A DNA stretch of 25,261 bases from Pseudomonadota bacterium (GCA_043825875.1 JBDRRF010000088.1:1-25261); one strand, 5' to 3'; positions 1 to 8,589 are shown, numbered from the stretch's first letter. The notes: generated by a model from the sequence alone, not told the origin. Numbers and translations: made by a program.

Positions 1-689
1 TCAAAAAAAGTGTTGATAAACTCGAACAAATCTGAATATTATTAATACTATTTTTTGGGTTGGAAGGAGTAAAAGTTTATACACGTAAACTCTTGCAAAG
101 TACGGTTTAAGCAACTGATATTATAGAATATAAACACCAAACAACCAATGCATTTATCCGGATTAAAATAGCAGTTTTGCTCTTTAGGCTCAGATAAATT
201 ACCACAACATACAATCCCATTTATCTAAAAAATCAATTCAGTGGGTACATTGGCGGGGTATAGCCTTGTTCTACGCTAACTATTTTAAATATACATGGGA
301 ATTCACCTGAGCAGAAGTTATGGAATTTATCTGAGCACTATAGTTAAAAGATATCTGAAAAGAAAAAAACGATCTTTTTGGAAAAAAGACAATAACTATC
401 CATCGTAGTTAATGCATTGAAATATAAGGTTTATTTTTTATCCAAAAAGAGAGAATTTCTGAGGCCGTTAGGATTTCAGTCCGTGCTGGGGTTATGTTGC
501 GAGTTGGGTAAAGTTGTGAGTTTTATCCCGCTTTACCCAGCCCCAAAATAAAAAAATAGTACCCAGCCTATCCCGCCCCATCCCCCGCCTTTTTCAACAG
601 CGAATTCATCACAGATCATAAATAAAATCCTCGTCATCAAGCGGCTCTCTGTACTCTATTCAATACCTTCCCAATGCCTGATGTATATT

Positions 690-716
690 TTGACAAATAT
701 CAAAATTTGCTATAAT
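690..716 (+). promoter_or_regulatory. sigma70-type promoter (extended -10) upstream of the ORF6N gene
   Basis: TTGACA at 690-695 and TGcTATAAT at 708-716. The 15-bp spacer is short, but the extended -10 is perfect. Confidence 0.6.
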
Positions 717-792
717 AAAAATGGCATTAAATATAGCAGAAAATGGATATATTAGAAAAAAGATACAATATTACCAAGGATTTGAAAATTTA

Positions 793-1059
793 ATGCCTTC
801 TAAAACAAACGACCTGATTCCAGCGGACCGCATATTTAAAATCATCTACATTATTCGAAATGAAAAAGTCATTTTGGACTCAGATATGGCAGCCCTCTAT
901 GGTGTAGAAACCCGTCGTCTGAATGAACAAGTTCGACGGAATATGGATAAATTCCCAGAAGACTTTATGTTTCAATTAACGAAAGAAGAGTTTGACAACT
1001 TGAAGTCGCAAATTGCGACATCAAGTTCGGGAAGTATTAGGTACGTATTAAACTTTTAA
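793..1059 (+). pseudogene. ORF6N-domain DNA-binding protein (phage antirepressor-like), C-terminally truncated
   Basis: [50 protein letters not shown] is a typical ORF6N N-terminus. The frame stops before the usual PYAFTEQGVAML part. ATG 793 is preferred over 721, which lies only 4 nt after the -10 box. Confidence 0.75.
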
Positions 1060-1174
1060 ACTTGGTTAATATTTGTTGATTCACTAATCGGAGTTTATAC
1101 CATGAAAATCATGAATAGACACTCCGGGAACAATATATTAGATAATTTCAGGAGTGTTGATAGGCAGTTAATAT

Positions 1175-1924
1175 ATGAAACTAATATCAATAACGACACT
1201 ACTTCTTATAACATCCATTACCATATTGGGCATGGTTGGATGTTCAGCAATTGAGAGAAAGTTGCTATTCTATCCTTCTCATCATCCTCATAATAACAGC
1301 CTGACACCATGGAATAGAAACGGCGAAACCATCGGTTACTCACGAATGGTTGAATCGCCTAAGAATGTATGGTTAATGCTACACGGTAATGCTGGTCAGG
1401 CATCTGACCGTTTATACGCGATGTCATGTTTTTCAGATGAGGATTCTATCTTTATTCTTGAATACCCCGGATACGGAGATCGTAAAGGTGTTCCATCGAA
1501 AGAGTCTTTTAACCGTGTTGCCAAAGAAGCCTATCTCTTTCTCAGAGAAACTTACCCTGATATTCCGGTTTGTGTAGTCGGGGAATCTATTGGATCAGGC
1601 CCTGCCTCATCCCTTGCAACTCTTGATAATAAACCTGATAAATTAGTGTTAATTATTCCTTTTGATAAACTTTCTTTAGTTGCCAAAGAGCATTTCCCAT
1701 CTTTTCTTGTTTGGTTGATATTAAAAGACAACTGGGACAATATAGAAGCACTTTCAAACTATAAAGGTGCTATCGAGATTATTGGCGCTGAAGCAGATGC
1801 AGTGATTCCGATACAGCACGCAAAGGCGCTTGCAGCATCCGTTCCGGGGGCAAAGCTTGTAACCATTGATGGCGGACATAATGATTGGTCTTACGAAGGT
1901 AAAGTAAAAATAAGAAACCCGTGA
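1175..1924 (+). CDS. alpha/beta hydrolase (BEM46/ABHD13-like), probable lipoprotein
   Basis: HGNAG, EYPGYG, GESIG nucleophile elbow, ADAVIP and GGHND motifs. Hydrophobic N-terminus ending MVG-C. Confidence 0.85.
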   Translation: MKLISITTLLLITSITILGMVGCSAIERKLLFYPSHHPHNNSLTPWNRNGETIGYSRMVESPKNVWLMLHGNAGQASDRLYAMSCFSDEDSIFILEYPGYGDRKGVPSKESFNRVAKEAYLFLRETYPDIPVCVVGESIGSGPASSLATLDNKPDKLVLIIPFDKLSLVAKEHFPSFLVWLILKDNWDNIEALSNYKGAIEIIGAEADAVIPIQHAKALAASVPGAKLVTIDGGHNDWSYEGKVKIRNP

Positions 1925-2235
1925 GGTTTCATGGCAAAAACTGTTGAAGGCATCTATTCAGACATGCTGACGCGCGTTGATGATTCCTGCCATAATATGC
2001 ATATAATAAGAATTAAAAGGAGACAGGAGAATGTCCAATCATTTGCTAAGGGCATAAATCATGAGCTTAAAACTTTTGCTCTAATATTTTATTGACTTAA
2101 TTTAGGTAGAGTGTTAGCAAAATTCTTGTAAAATTGTTCATTACACAATCTTTGTTATTTTCTGGAAAAAATAATCCGATATCTCATTTTATTATATTAT
2201 ACCCTCGAAAGGATTTAATATGACCGGATACAATT

Positions 2236-2281
2236 AAGCCCCGATCTTCAGCCCATTGAAGCACGGGGCTTTTGTTTTTTT
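2236..2281 (+). terminator. intrinsic terminator-like hairpin
   Basis: AAGCCCCG (2236-2243) pairs with CGGGGCTT (2264-2271), inner CTTCA/TGAAG, followed by a T-tract. Confidence 0.7.
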
Positions 2282-2403
2282 AAATATTGCAAACTATCAA
2301 AACCCGGAAGTAGAAACTTGCGCTACCAGGTTTGCACTTCAAGTTAAAGTAGCACTTAATATACTTCTATGATGGAACAATAAATTTATGAAAGGATATC
2401 TTA

Positions 2404-3402
2404 ATGAAAAGATTTATCTTTGTATTTTTCTTAGGCATACTTTATCTGGCAGGTTGCGCCACGGCGAATAAGCATTTTCTAAAGGTCGATACCACACCAT
2501 CAGATGCGATTGTATCCGTTCATGAAACTAGTGATGTATCTTCTGCCCAAATCAGACAAATAGCCGGAACTACTCCTTTTGAAAAAACCTTTGATTTCGG
2601 GGAAACGGGGCAACTTTGGCTTGAAATTGAAAGAAGGGGGTACGCTCCTTATATTGAAAAAGTTCTTCCTGAGACAGGAAAGATCTCTATCAATCTTGAA
2701 AAAATTAAAGATAAGAACGGGGAATATATTAGTGGTTATGCTTTACCTGAAATAAATCGCATCCTTTTAGCAAGACCTGATATTAAAATAATTCAAAGGG
2801 GTTTTAGCAATGAAAAAATCTCAGAAGAAAAATCTTCAATTGCACAAGAAGAACTAATAAAAGGAATAAGCAAATTTTTTTCAGGAAAGTATGAAGTGAT
2901 CACCGTTCAACCATCTGATACTGACAAGCCACTTTTACGCTCTCTTTGGAGAGATGTTCGATCTGCAATGGAAATGCTTGATCCGATCAGGCTGAAATAT
3001 TTTGCACAACCTCCATTTCTTGAAACAAAAAGTAGCCGCAAAGCTGCACGCAAGCTTGGGGATATATATAAAACAGAAGTAATACTATTGATAACAGGCA
3101 AGCAAAATCTTGAAACAGCTGGTATGGTAGTGGGAAAAATCGGTATAACGGCAGCGGGAACAGCTTCAAGTTATGCAGGAGGATATAGCCGGGCGCTTTC
3201 AAGGGGGGATTCATTTTTTGTGTATAATATTTATACGCCGAACTTTGCAGAAGGAACTAATTTAAATGCAGCTTTGATCAATTGCAGCAATGGCGAAATA
3301 CTTTGGATAAATAAGGGATTATGGGGACGGATACCCTTTGAGGAACCAGATACAGTCAAAAATATAATTACTGATCTTCTTGACGGCATAAGCCAAAACT
3401 AA
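2404..3402 (+). CDS. lipoprotein with N-terminal PEGA-like domain
   Basis: Lipobox LAG-C18. LKVDTTPSDAIVSV...GTTP...LEIERRGY resembles PEGA. RBS AAAGGA upstream. Confidence 0.7.
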   Translation: MKRFIFVFFLGILYLAGCATANKHFLKVDTTPSDAIVSVHETSDVSSAQIRQIAGTTPFEKTFDFGETGQLWLEIERRGYAPYIEKVLPETGKISINLEKIKDKNGEYISGYALPEINRILLARPDIKIIQRGFSNEKISEEKSSIAQEELIKGISKFFSGKYEVITVQPSDTDKPLLRSLWRDVRSAMEMLDPIRLKYFAQPPFLETKSSRKAARKLGDIYKTEVILLITGKQNLETAGMVVGKIGITAAGTASSYAGGYSRALSRGDSFFVYNIYTPNFAEGTNLNAALINCSNGEILWINKGLWGRIPFEEPDTVKNIITDLLDGISQN

Positions 3403-3433
3403 ATTATAGCAAAAGGTGGAAAGGAAACAGATT

Positions 3434-4024
3434 ATGAAATTGAAAAATACTATATTGACTGGAATTATGATTTTTATCTTAACCGGATGTACATTGCCAT
3501 TAAAGATGTCCCCGGCCCCCAAACTTGATTCATCGGGCATTAATCAACATCCATATACTGCCGGGCTTTTTGTACCGCAGGAAGTTAAAGAATATATTTT
3601 TGTGAAAGCAACAAGTCCACTTGACAAGATGTCTTACCCTATTGGCCAGCAGACTTACGAAATTTTTAAGAATAATATTCCTTTAGTGTTTAAAAATGTT
3701 GTGGAAGTTGACTCAATAACTACTGATAAGAATATTGATCTTATCATAAAGCCATCAATAGTGAAATTTGATCCAGTAATTCCAAATCCTGCATATAATC
3801 CATATACCGCAACTATTATTTATCATATAGACGTATATAACAATAAGGGAGAAAAAATATTTGCGCAAACTGCTACTGGTGACGCACAAACAAGCAAAGG
3901 ACTTTTATCTGGTTTTTCAGCAAGGAGTATATGCGCTGATGTTGCACAAATGGCAATGAAAAAATCTATAAAACAAATTATTGAAGGACTGTCGGAAGCA
4001 GAAGAAATCAAAAATCTAAAATAG
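3434..4024 (+). CDS. hypothetical lipoprotein
   Basis: MKLKNTILTGIMIFILTG-C lipobox when started at ATG 3434 with AAGGA upstream. GTG 3416 is an alternative start. Confidence 0.7.
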   Translation: MKLKNTILTGIMIFILTGCTLPLKMSPAPKLDSSGINQHPYTAGLFVPQEVKEYIFVKATSPLDKMSYPIGQQTYEIFKNNIPLVFKNVVEVDSITTDKNIDLIIKPSIVKFDPVIPNPAYNPYTATIIYHIDVYNNKGEKIFAQTATGDAQTSKGLLSGFSARSICADVAQMAMKKSIKQIIEGLSEAEEIKNLK

Positions 4025-4158
4025 TATTTATGTGATCCTTAAGGGGTGACATTTGGAAGTAATTGACGGATTAATCTTTTAAACATAAGTCAGTTTCAAA
4101 ACGCCCCATTTTGTGACTCCGGCAGGCTCAGTCGAAGGGGAGACAGCAAAAGCATGAC

Positions 4159-4233
4159 ATCCAACAACTGATGATGGTGTCGGTATCACTGGAAGAACAA
4201 TTGATACCGGGCACATTGTAGTACGCGATAAAC
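4159..4233 (+). mobile_element. degenerate attC-like site
   Basis: ATCCAAC (R''-like), imperfect hairpin with core CGGTATCA/TGATACCG, and GATAAAC where GTTRRRY is expected. The next ORF starts right after. Confidence 0.35.
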
Positions 4234-4258
4234 CATGTTTATGAATAAGATGTCTATC

Positions 4259-5350
4259 ATGAAAAAAATTATCTTTGTTCATTCTATCTGCTTATTATTA
4301 TTTTTAATAAGCGGTTGTGCTTCTCAGGTTTTATGGTCTGCAGATGGGGGAAAAATAAAGACCCTTTATAAAATATCGTCCACAAATTTTGAATTTAAAG
4401 GAAAGAATCCATATCGAAGATGGGGTAGTAAAGAGTTTTGTTTTTCATACTCCATCGATGATTTATCAAAGGATAAAAATGTTGCCTACCCTCCATTAAA
4501 TAGTGGTTGCTTTTGTTATATGAATTCAAATGACTATCCTGAATTTATTGAAAAGATTTTTAATGGACCAGTTAGCATAAATATAATAAAAATAAATGCT
4601 ATCGCTACCAAAAAATTAATGATTGGAAGAAATTTTGGCGCTAGAGTTTTAGACAAAGTTATACTTGCTAGAGATTTAGGGCCAAAGGATATTTATATTA
4701 AAAAGTGCAAAGGAGAGCCTATCTATAACCTACATTGGGAAATAAAAGTTAATTTGCCAATAAATCACATTACATTCAATAACATAGAAGAAATAGAATA
4801 CATTAAGCCAAGTAAAAAAGATACTCATTTGATAAATGCGTATTTTAAAATTATTAAGCATAAAGTTTTCGAAAAGTATAAAAAAGAGTATAATGATAGT
4901 TATTTGATGCAATATGATTGTATAAAACCCTTAGGTTGGATAGAAAGTAAAAAATCAAAAATTAGTAGTAATTTGAGAGAAAAAATATATTCAGGGATTC
5001 TATTGAAAGTTAACCATGAGAAAATAAAGACAATCAAAATTTTATTTAATGATGATGATATGAATAATAAAATGGAAACCGTAAATTTAATTTTAAATGA
5101 TAATTATTATTCTTATACTTTCTCATCAATTGTATTTAATATGGAATGCGGTAAATCCAATCATTCAATGGATAATTATTCAGTACTACAGAATTATCCC
5201 TTAGGATGTATTTTTAGACTTCAAAGAATTGGCTACAAATATAATATGCCTACAAGATTGTTATTGACACCTATTGCAATAGGGTTTGACATTGCAACTT
5301 TTCCTTTTGTATCGATTATAGGTCTTTCAGGGTGTGGGCCGCCACCTTGA
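4259..5350 (+). CDS. hypothetical lipoprotein, very AT-rich
   Basis: MKKIIFVHSICLLLFLISG-C lipobox from ATG 4259 (the track starts at 4235). Hydrophobic C-terminus LLLTPIAIGFDIATFPF. Confidence 0.7.
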   Translation: MKKIIFVHSICLLLFLISGCASQVLWSADGGKIKTLYKISSTNFEFKGKNPYRRWGSKEFCFSYSIDDLSKDKNVAYPPLNSGCFCYMNSNDYPEFIEKIFNGPVSINIIKINAIATKKLMIGRNFGARVLDKVILARDLGPKDIYIKKCKGEPIYNLHWEIKVNLPINHITFNNIEEIEYIKPSKKDTHLINAYFKIIKHKVFEKYKKEYNDSYLMQYDCIKPLGWIESKKSKISSNLREKIYSGILLKVNHEKIKTIKILFNDDDMNNKMETVNLILNDNYYSYTFSSIVFNMECGKSNHSMDNYSVLQNYPLGCIFRLQRIGYKYNMPTRLLLTPIAIGFDIATFPFVSIIGLSGCGPPP

Positions 5351-5474
5351 AAAAATAATTTTCTTTCTTCAAGAATCTCTGATTTTGAAGTTCGTTTGCA
5401 CATTATTAATGATTTGCTCTCTAAAAGTACACATGAAGGGGTCTAATGGACGTTAATATCTGAGCTCTTGACAC

Positions 5475-5609
5475 TTAGGGTTTCTTCAGACAAAACCTCA
5501 CGATTCCGCCCTTGCCTCCGGCCAATGTTTATGCTAATGATATTAACCATTAACAGGGTATCAAAACAGGGGCTTTCACCCCATGAGTTCGCGCCCATGC
5601 CGTGCATAC
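5475..5609 (-). mobile_element. 5' relic (part of domain I) of a group IIC-attC intron
   Basis: Minus strand reads TTGT|GTATGCACGGCATGGGCGCGAACTCATGGGGTGAAAGCCCCTG...GGCCGGAGGCAAGGGCGGAATCGTGAGGTTTTGTCTGAAGAAACC, matching my recollection of class C intron 5' ends. No RT ORF or domain V follows. Left boundary is approximate. Confidence 0.75.
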
Positions 5610-5685
5610 ACAAGGCATTTTAAACTGTCAGGGGAAAGCTCCTGCTTTTTAAAACAATATCACCTGGCTTAATTTTGAGTTAGAG
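5610..5685 (+). mobile_element. attC site interrupted in R'' by the intron relic
   Basis: AC-aaggc-ATTTTAAAC...TCAGGGGA / TCACCTGG...GCTTAAT-tttga-GTTAGAG, with 5-nt spacers on both arms. RBS and GTG start follow within 15 nt. Confidence 0.65.
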
Positions 5686-5699
5686 GAGTAAATAATATC

Positions 5700-6584
5700 G
5701 TGAGGGGTTTAAAATTATTTAACCTTCGTAAAAAGCAAAGGTCGACAAAATATTTTTTAATTTTGGCCATATTGATAGGTTTTCTTACAATCCATATTAG
5801 TGGATGTGGTAATAACGCCGGCAATAACAGCATTGAGTTTAAAAAGGTCGATGGCCGGGTTGAGCCTTTGAATCACCAAACGATTTCAGAACCATTCGTG
5901 ACACTGGCACTTAAAAGAGAGATTTATCTACCCTATCTAGAGGTTGGAGCCCGGTTGGCACCACCTTTCGAACTACCACGTCGCTTGCAAGGTGGTGCAC
6001 TCAGATTTCGAGTTCAGTCGGTAAAGACACAAGGCAATCTGGACATATATGATAAAGATCATGCTATGGAAAAAAATATTTTTGCAAATGTTATCTGGTT
6101 GAACTTCGACGAAAGTAAAGAATTATGGTCCGGCAGCCGTCAAATCTATTTAAGCGACTTTAATACTATCCCATTAGAAAACATATCAGGCGTTGAAGGC
6201 ACATTGCTTCTGAGGGTGCCGGTTGATCCAGTGACAGTTGAATTTAATTTAAAGAATTATGCCGGCAGATATGAAGTAAATGGCGTCCGTTTCGAGATCA
6301 AGCATCTTAGTCCAAAAAAGGTTGAGCTTTTGATACACGGCAACGATGAAAACTATATGGGGATGGATGCGCTGGTAAAAGGTGCTTGGTTGCGAACATT
6401 AGGACTGGGGCATTCTTTCACGAAGACTTCGCAGGATCAGATAGTTATTGAAGAACATCAGATCAGCGTCAACTTTCCACAATCCGTAGAAGCAATCAAA
6501 CTTTATTTTTGTGCAGGATATAATTCGGTTGAGTCCGAAATCCTTATTCGGCCGGATAAGGTGTTTACAAAAAGCCTGGATTAG
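5700..6584 (+). CDS. hypothetical lipoprotein (gene cassette)
   Basis: 294-aa ORF, RBS AGGAG, lipobox-like ISG-C, bounded by GTTAGAG and an attC site. Confidence 0.7.
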   Translation: MRGLKLFNLRKKQRSTKYFLILAILIGFLTIHISGCGNNAGNNSIEFKKVDGRVEPLNHQTISEPFVTLALKREIYLPYLEVGARLAPPFELPRRLQGGALRFRVQSVKTQGNLDIYDKDHAMEKNIFANVIWLNFDESKELWSGSRQIYLSDFNTIPLENISGVEGTLLLRVPVDPVTVEFNLKNYAGRYEVNGVRFEIKHLSPKKVELLIHGNDENYMGMDALVKGAWLRTLGLGHSFTKTSQDQIVIEEHQISVNFPQSVEAIKLYFCAGYNSVESEILIRPDKVFTKSLD

Positions 6585-6599
6585 AAAAGACAGGGTTTA

Positions 6600-6699
6600 A
6601 TCTAACCTGTAAGCTCAGGCAAGTTTATGAGCAATTGGAAATTATCGCATTTATGGAAATCAGTGAAAGCCCTTGATGCACCTGACTTCTTTGTTATCC
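6600..6699 (+). mobile_element. attC recombination site (100 bp)
   Basis: R'' ATCTAAC (6600-6606), 5-nt spacer, L'' AGCTCAGG (6612-6619) pairing with L' CCTGACT (6681-6687) with one unpaired base, 5-nt spacer, R' GTTATCC (6693-6699). It starts 15 nt after a stop codon and ends 12 nt before the next ATG. Confidence 0.8.
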
Positions 6700-6711
6700 T
6701 AAGGAGATGAT

Positions 6712-7056
6712 ATGGAACAACAATCGGAATTGAAGGACTATATTCACACCGATTTGAATAAGGAAAACAATGTTATTGCAGGACACTATGTCCTGACGGA
6801 AGAAACCCGCCTCCCTTTTCACGACCGTGAATTCTTCTACTTTTTGGGGGAAGGCGTACTCGACAACTCATGCTGTGGATTTGGAAATTTGTCTTATGCT
6901 ATTGTGCCTGGTTTCATAGTTGATTGGAAATATAGAAAGTCCGCAGACGGTTTCCCAGTTTCCAGGGTTGAGCCTATCAGAGACAAGGCTCTGCAAAATG
7001 AGATTATATTCCTGATTGAACAAAAAGATACGGTCTGCCAGGTATCCTTTCTATAA
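6712..7056 (+). CDS. hypothetical protein with SCCG motif
   Basis: 114-aa ORF with strong RBS TAAGGAG. No function recognised. Confidence 0.7.
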   Translation: MEQQSELKDYIHTDLNKENNVIAGHYVLTEETRLPFHDREFFYFLGEGVLDNSCCGFGNLSYAIVPGFIVDWKYRKSADGFPVSRVEPIRDKALQNEIIFLIEQKDTVCQVSFL

Positions 7057-7097
7057 AAAGCAATACGCCAATTAAACCACGTTGTGAAAAGAGAGTA

Positions 7098-8522
7098 ATG
7101 ACTATTTCCGATTTTAGAACTAAACCTGTATTCATAAAGCGGCTTCTTGTAACAATTTGCTTAGTCGCTGTATATCGATTGGGCTTGTTGTTGCCTCTTC
7201 CCTTTTTAGATGCCGAAGCCTTAAAAGGTCAATTTGGTATTTTCACCTCACACAGTACTACAGATGGGCACCTATCAATATTCTTGCTTGGCATCATGCC
7301 CTATGTTTCGGCCTATATCCTTGTAGAACTAACTTCCCTTTGCATCCCCTTTTTAAAAAAACTTCGGTCTGGGGATTTTAAAGGCCGTTTAAAATTAAAA
7401 CGTATTTCTTTGGTTCTGGCGTTGGGCTTGGCTACCTATCAGGCAACCAGTATAGTATCAAGCCTTAATAGTATGGATTTATCGGATGGCAAATCGATTT
7501 TAAACATTTCTACTACGTTTGAACACGTAATTTTGGTTTGCGTGATGGTGGGTAGCTTCTACCTGCTAGTAGCAATATGCGAAATGATTTCCAGGTTCGG
7601 CATCGGCCACGGGATTTCGATTATCATATTGAGCGGCATTTGCGGAGGTTTTATTGGTCGGGTTCCCATGTATTTTAAACAGTTAGAATATCATGATGTT
7701 TTCTCTTATTTTATTGCATTCATTGTGTTTTGCGCATTAATAGCTTTTACATTTGTTTTATTGAAAAATAAAATCCCTATTCCCTGCTATCACGAAAAAG
7801 ATAATAAAATAGTTGGTTATTTTCAGCTTAATCAATCCCCTTCCTCTATGGTTGCATTGACCTATGCTGCTTCTATTGTTATGCTGCCGCCAACCCTATC
7901 GCATTTTTTTGGTAACGGAAGCAGTATAGCAAACTATCTTAACCCAGGCTCCATTGGATATAATTTAATCTCAATTATTTGTGTGTTCATGTTCAGCTTC
8001 CTATTTGGATGGGCATTTCTTCATCCGCGCAGAAGAATAAGTAAAATGCGGGAAAGAGGTTGGCATATCGCGGATATGGGAACAACCGCTGAAAGTTTTA
8101 TACTTAAAAGGATGTTTATTTACAACCTGCCATGGACAATCTTTTTATGTATAATGGTAGTAGTACCCTCAACACTGATATCCGTTGCCAATGTTCCCTT
8201 TTATCTTGGTGGTAGCTCCATACCAATAATCGTTGCAGTAAGCCTTGACCTAATTGGCAGTTTCAGATTTTATAGCAATGGCATTAATAAACCGGTAAAG
8301 ATTGCCGAATTTCATGACATCTATGATGCCAATATGATCCAAAACCACATGAAAGCCGCAGGTATAAAAAGTTATTTGCAGTGCTACCATCACAGATTGT
8401 TACGCTATTTTTTTGGCCCTCATCTTGATATGGGCCTTATCATAGATGCTAGGGACAAAGAAAAAGCGCAAACTTTAATTAAAGATTTTTATAATGGACT
8501 CGGATTGTGCCAAAAATCTTGA
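7098..8522 (+). CDS. divergent SecY-family paralogue with C-terminal DUF2007-like domain
   Basis: SecY-like segments in the right order: VYRLGLLLPLP, SIFLLGIMPYVSAYI, EMISRFGIGHGISIII, AASIVMLP, FYLGGSSIPIIVAV. About 10 hydrophobic helices and a soluble tail of about 80 aa. No ribosomal protein genes nearby, so not labelled secY. Confidence 0.85.
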   Translation: MTISDFRTKPVFIKRLLVTICLVAVYRLGLLLPLPFLDAEALKGQFGIFTSHSTTDGHLSIFLLGIMPYVSAYILVELTSLCIPFLKKLRSGDFKGRLKLKRISLVLALGLATYQATSIVSSLNSMDLSDGKSILNISTTFEHVILVCVMVGSFYLLVAICEMISRFGIGHGISIIILSGICGGFIGRVPMYFKQLEYHDVFSYFIAFIVFCALIAFTFVLLKNKIPIPCYHEKDNKIVGYFQLNQSPSSMVALTYAASIVMLPPTLSHFFGNGSSIANYLNPGSIGYNLISIICVFMFSFLFGWAFLHPRRRISKMRERGWHIADMGTTAESFILKRMFIYNLPWTIFLCIMVVVPSTLISVANVPFYLGGSSIPIIVAVSLDLIGSFRFYSNGINKPVKIAEFHDIYDANMIQNHMKAAGIKSYLQCYHHRLLRYFFGPHLDMGLIIDARDKEKAQTLIKDFYNGLGLCQKS

Positions 8523-8589
8523 TATAATTGATGATTAACTGCTGAGTCATTTCCAGCATCTCAGCCTCGACATTTGCAGGAGAATATTA

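Noticed and set aside
485..606. Possible IS terminus (TTTTTCAACAGC at about 590-601, TGGGTAAAG/CTTTACCCA hairpin)
   Set aside because: No transposase ORF, partner inverted repeat or target duplication in the window.
2288..2336. TGCAAAC...GTTTGCA inverted repeat as a c-di-GMP-I riboswitch
   Set aside because: Lacks the GNRA-capped P2 and the following GACGCAAAG-type motif.
4086..4140. Fragment resembling an interspersed palindromic repeat end (GTCAGTTTCAAAACGCCCCATTTT), with a similar end near 10699-10713
   Set aside because: Based only on recollection. Too short and degenerate to support without a genome-wide search.
7098..8522. Housekeeping secY or a SecA2/SecY2 system
   Set aside because: No rplO/adk/spc-operon context, no secA2, asp or serine-rich repeat genes, and key loop motifs are missing.
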